Below, in pieces: positions 63,187 to 64,000 of a stretch of 64,000 nucleotides of DNA. Source of the DNA: Lingula anatina (Eukaryota > Animalia > Brachiopoda); contig CM120641.1 of NCBI GenBank assembly GCA_051362555.1, positions 39,562,401 through 39,626,400 of the forward strand, in the 5' to 3' direction. Numbering within the stretch: position 1 is the first letter of the stretch; the number at the start of each line of letters is the position of its first letter. A model generated the notes under the pieces. It did no database searches. It was not told the DNA's origin and was given only the letters and a program-made list of their open reading frames with translations. The position numbers were made by a program, and so were the translations under genes.

Positions 63187-64000
63187 GTAAGAAAAACACT
63201 GGTGGTTATACAGGATTAGAAACTATGTAGAATGAGAGAGTAGATAAAAAAAAACTTGTAAATTGCACTGTTTTGGCATCGCCGCATGATTCTGATGGAA
63301 CAACATGGTCAAAAAGCTAAGATCATATTGTTTTACTTTGACTCATTTTCTACTTGTCCACTCTTTCCTTTGACTGTTATATTTTTCATTAAAAATGGGA
63401 AACACACTACTATTTGCCCTTTAGCCACTATTATTTTTCTGTTTAGTACCAAATAGGTGAAAAACCATAGGCTAGTATATTCTTTTTAGTAGGTACAGAT
63501 TTCAGACATAAGAGTAGTGTGGGTAGGATACAGGATACATATATCAACTGCTTAGGGACAAATTTTGTTAATGCATTTCCCATATAAAGAGTTTCCAGTG
63601 GCTCTTTACCTATATTATGGCAACAGTGCCCACATGGTTACTGTGGTATATCCAGAAGATAGATTTCAATTTTAGATAGGTTGAACTGCTGTGCTGACAT
63701 CCCCCAGAAGTAAAAGGGATAAATGCCTTGTCATGTCTGATAAATACAGTTATTTTACTCTCCAATTTTCAAAAGTTTTTACACTTTTTCTCTCTAGCTC
63801 TTCCTTTTTTTTTTTTTTTTTTTTTTTGACAGCTCACCAAGAACAAGATCACTATATAGTAATTGCCTTGTCTGTTATCTCTGGGAACTACTATCTGCCA
63901 TGCCCCTCATCAAAGTTCTCTTTCTCTTCTTTTACAGTAGCTGTTTGTTTAAAGTAGATAGTTGTTTCAAGGACAGCACCTTTGATATGTGTTTTTTTAA

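Noticed and set aside
1-64000. tRNA, rRNA, snRNA genes or autonomous transposase/RT ORFs
   Set aside because: None were recognisable by eye; a covariance-model search would be needed to exclude small ncRNAs such as intronic snoRNAs.

Overview
AT-rich, intron-containing invertebrate genomic DNA, most consistent with a lophotrochozoan such as a mollusc (inferred, not determined). I reconstructed ten spliced protein-coding genes by hand from splice sites and reading frames. In order: a partial type II membrane protein (-), seipin/BSCL2 (-), LYPLAL1 (+), ETAA1-like (-), CDIN1/C15orf41 (+), an unrecognised 253-aa secreted protein nested antisense inside a CDIN1 intron (-), an atypical APRT-like enzyme (-), a CPT1-like acyltransferase (+), an ankyrin-DHHC palmitoyltransferase (+), and the first three coding exons of FRAS1 (+). 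There are two U12-type introns, two 2-3 kb Helentron/HINE-type elements carrying 161-bp and 146-bp tandem arrays, and many palindromic MITEs. The strongest novelty candidate is the nested antisense secreted beta-rich protein. Next are the DQWIETGGT-type APRT paralogue, the CPT1-like enzyme lacking its regulatory N-terminus, and the clustering of lipid/acylation genes beside an array of nuclear-receptor DR1-like motifs. Gene names come from recognising motifs, not from database searches, and exon boundaries may be off by a few bases.
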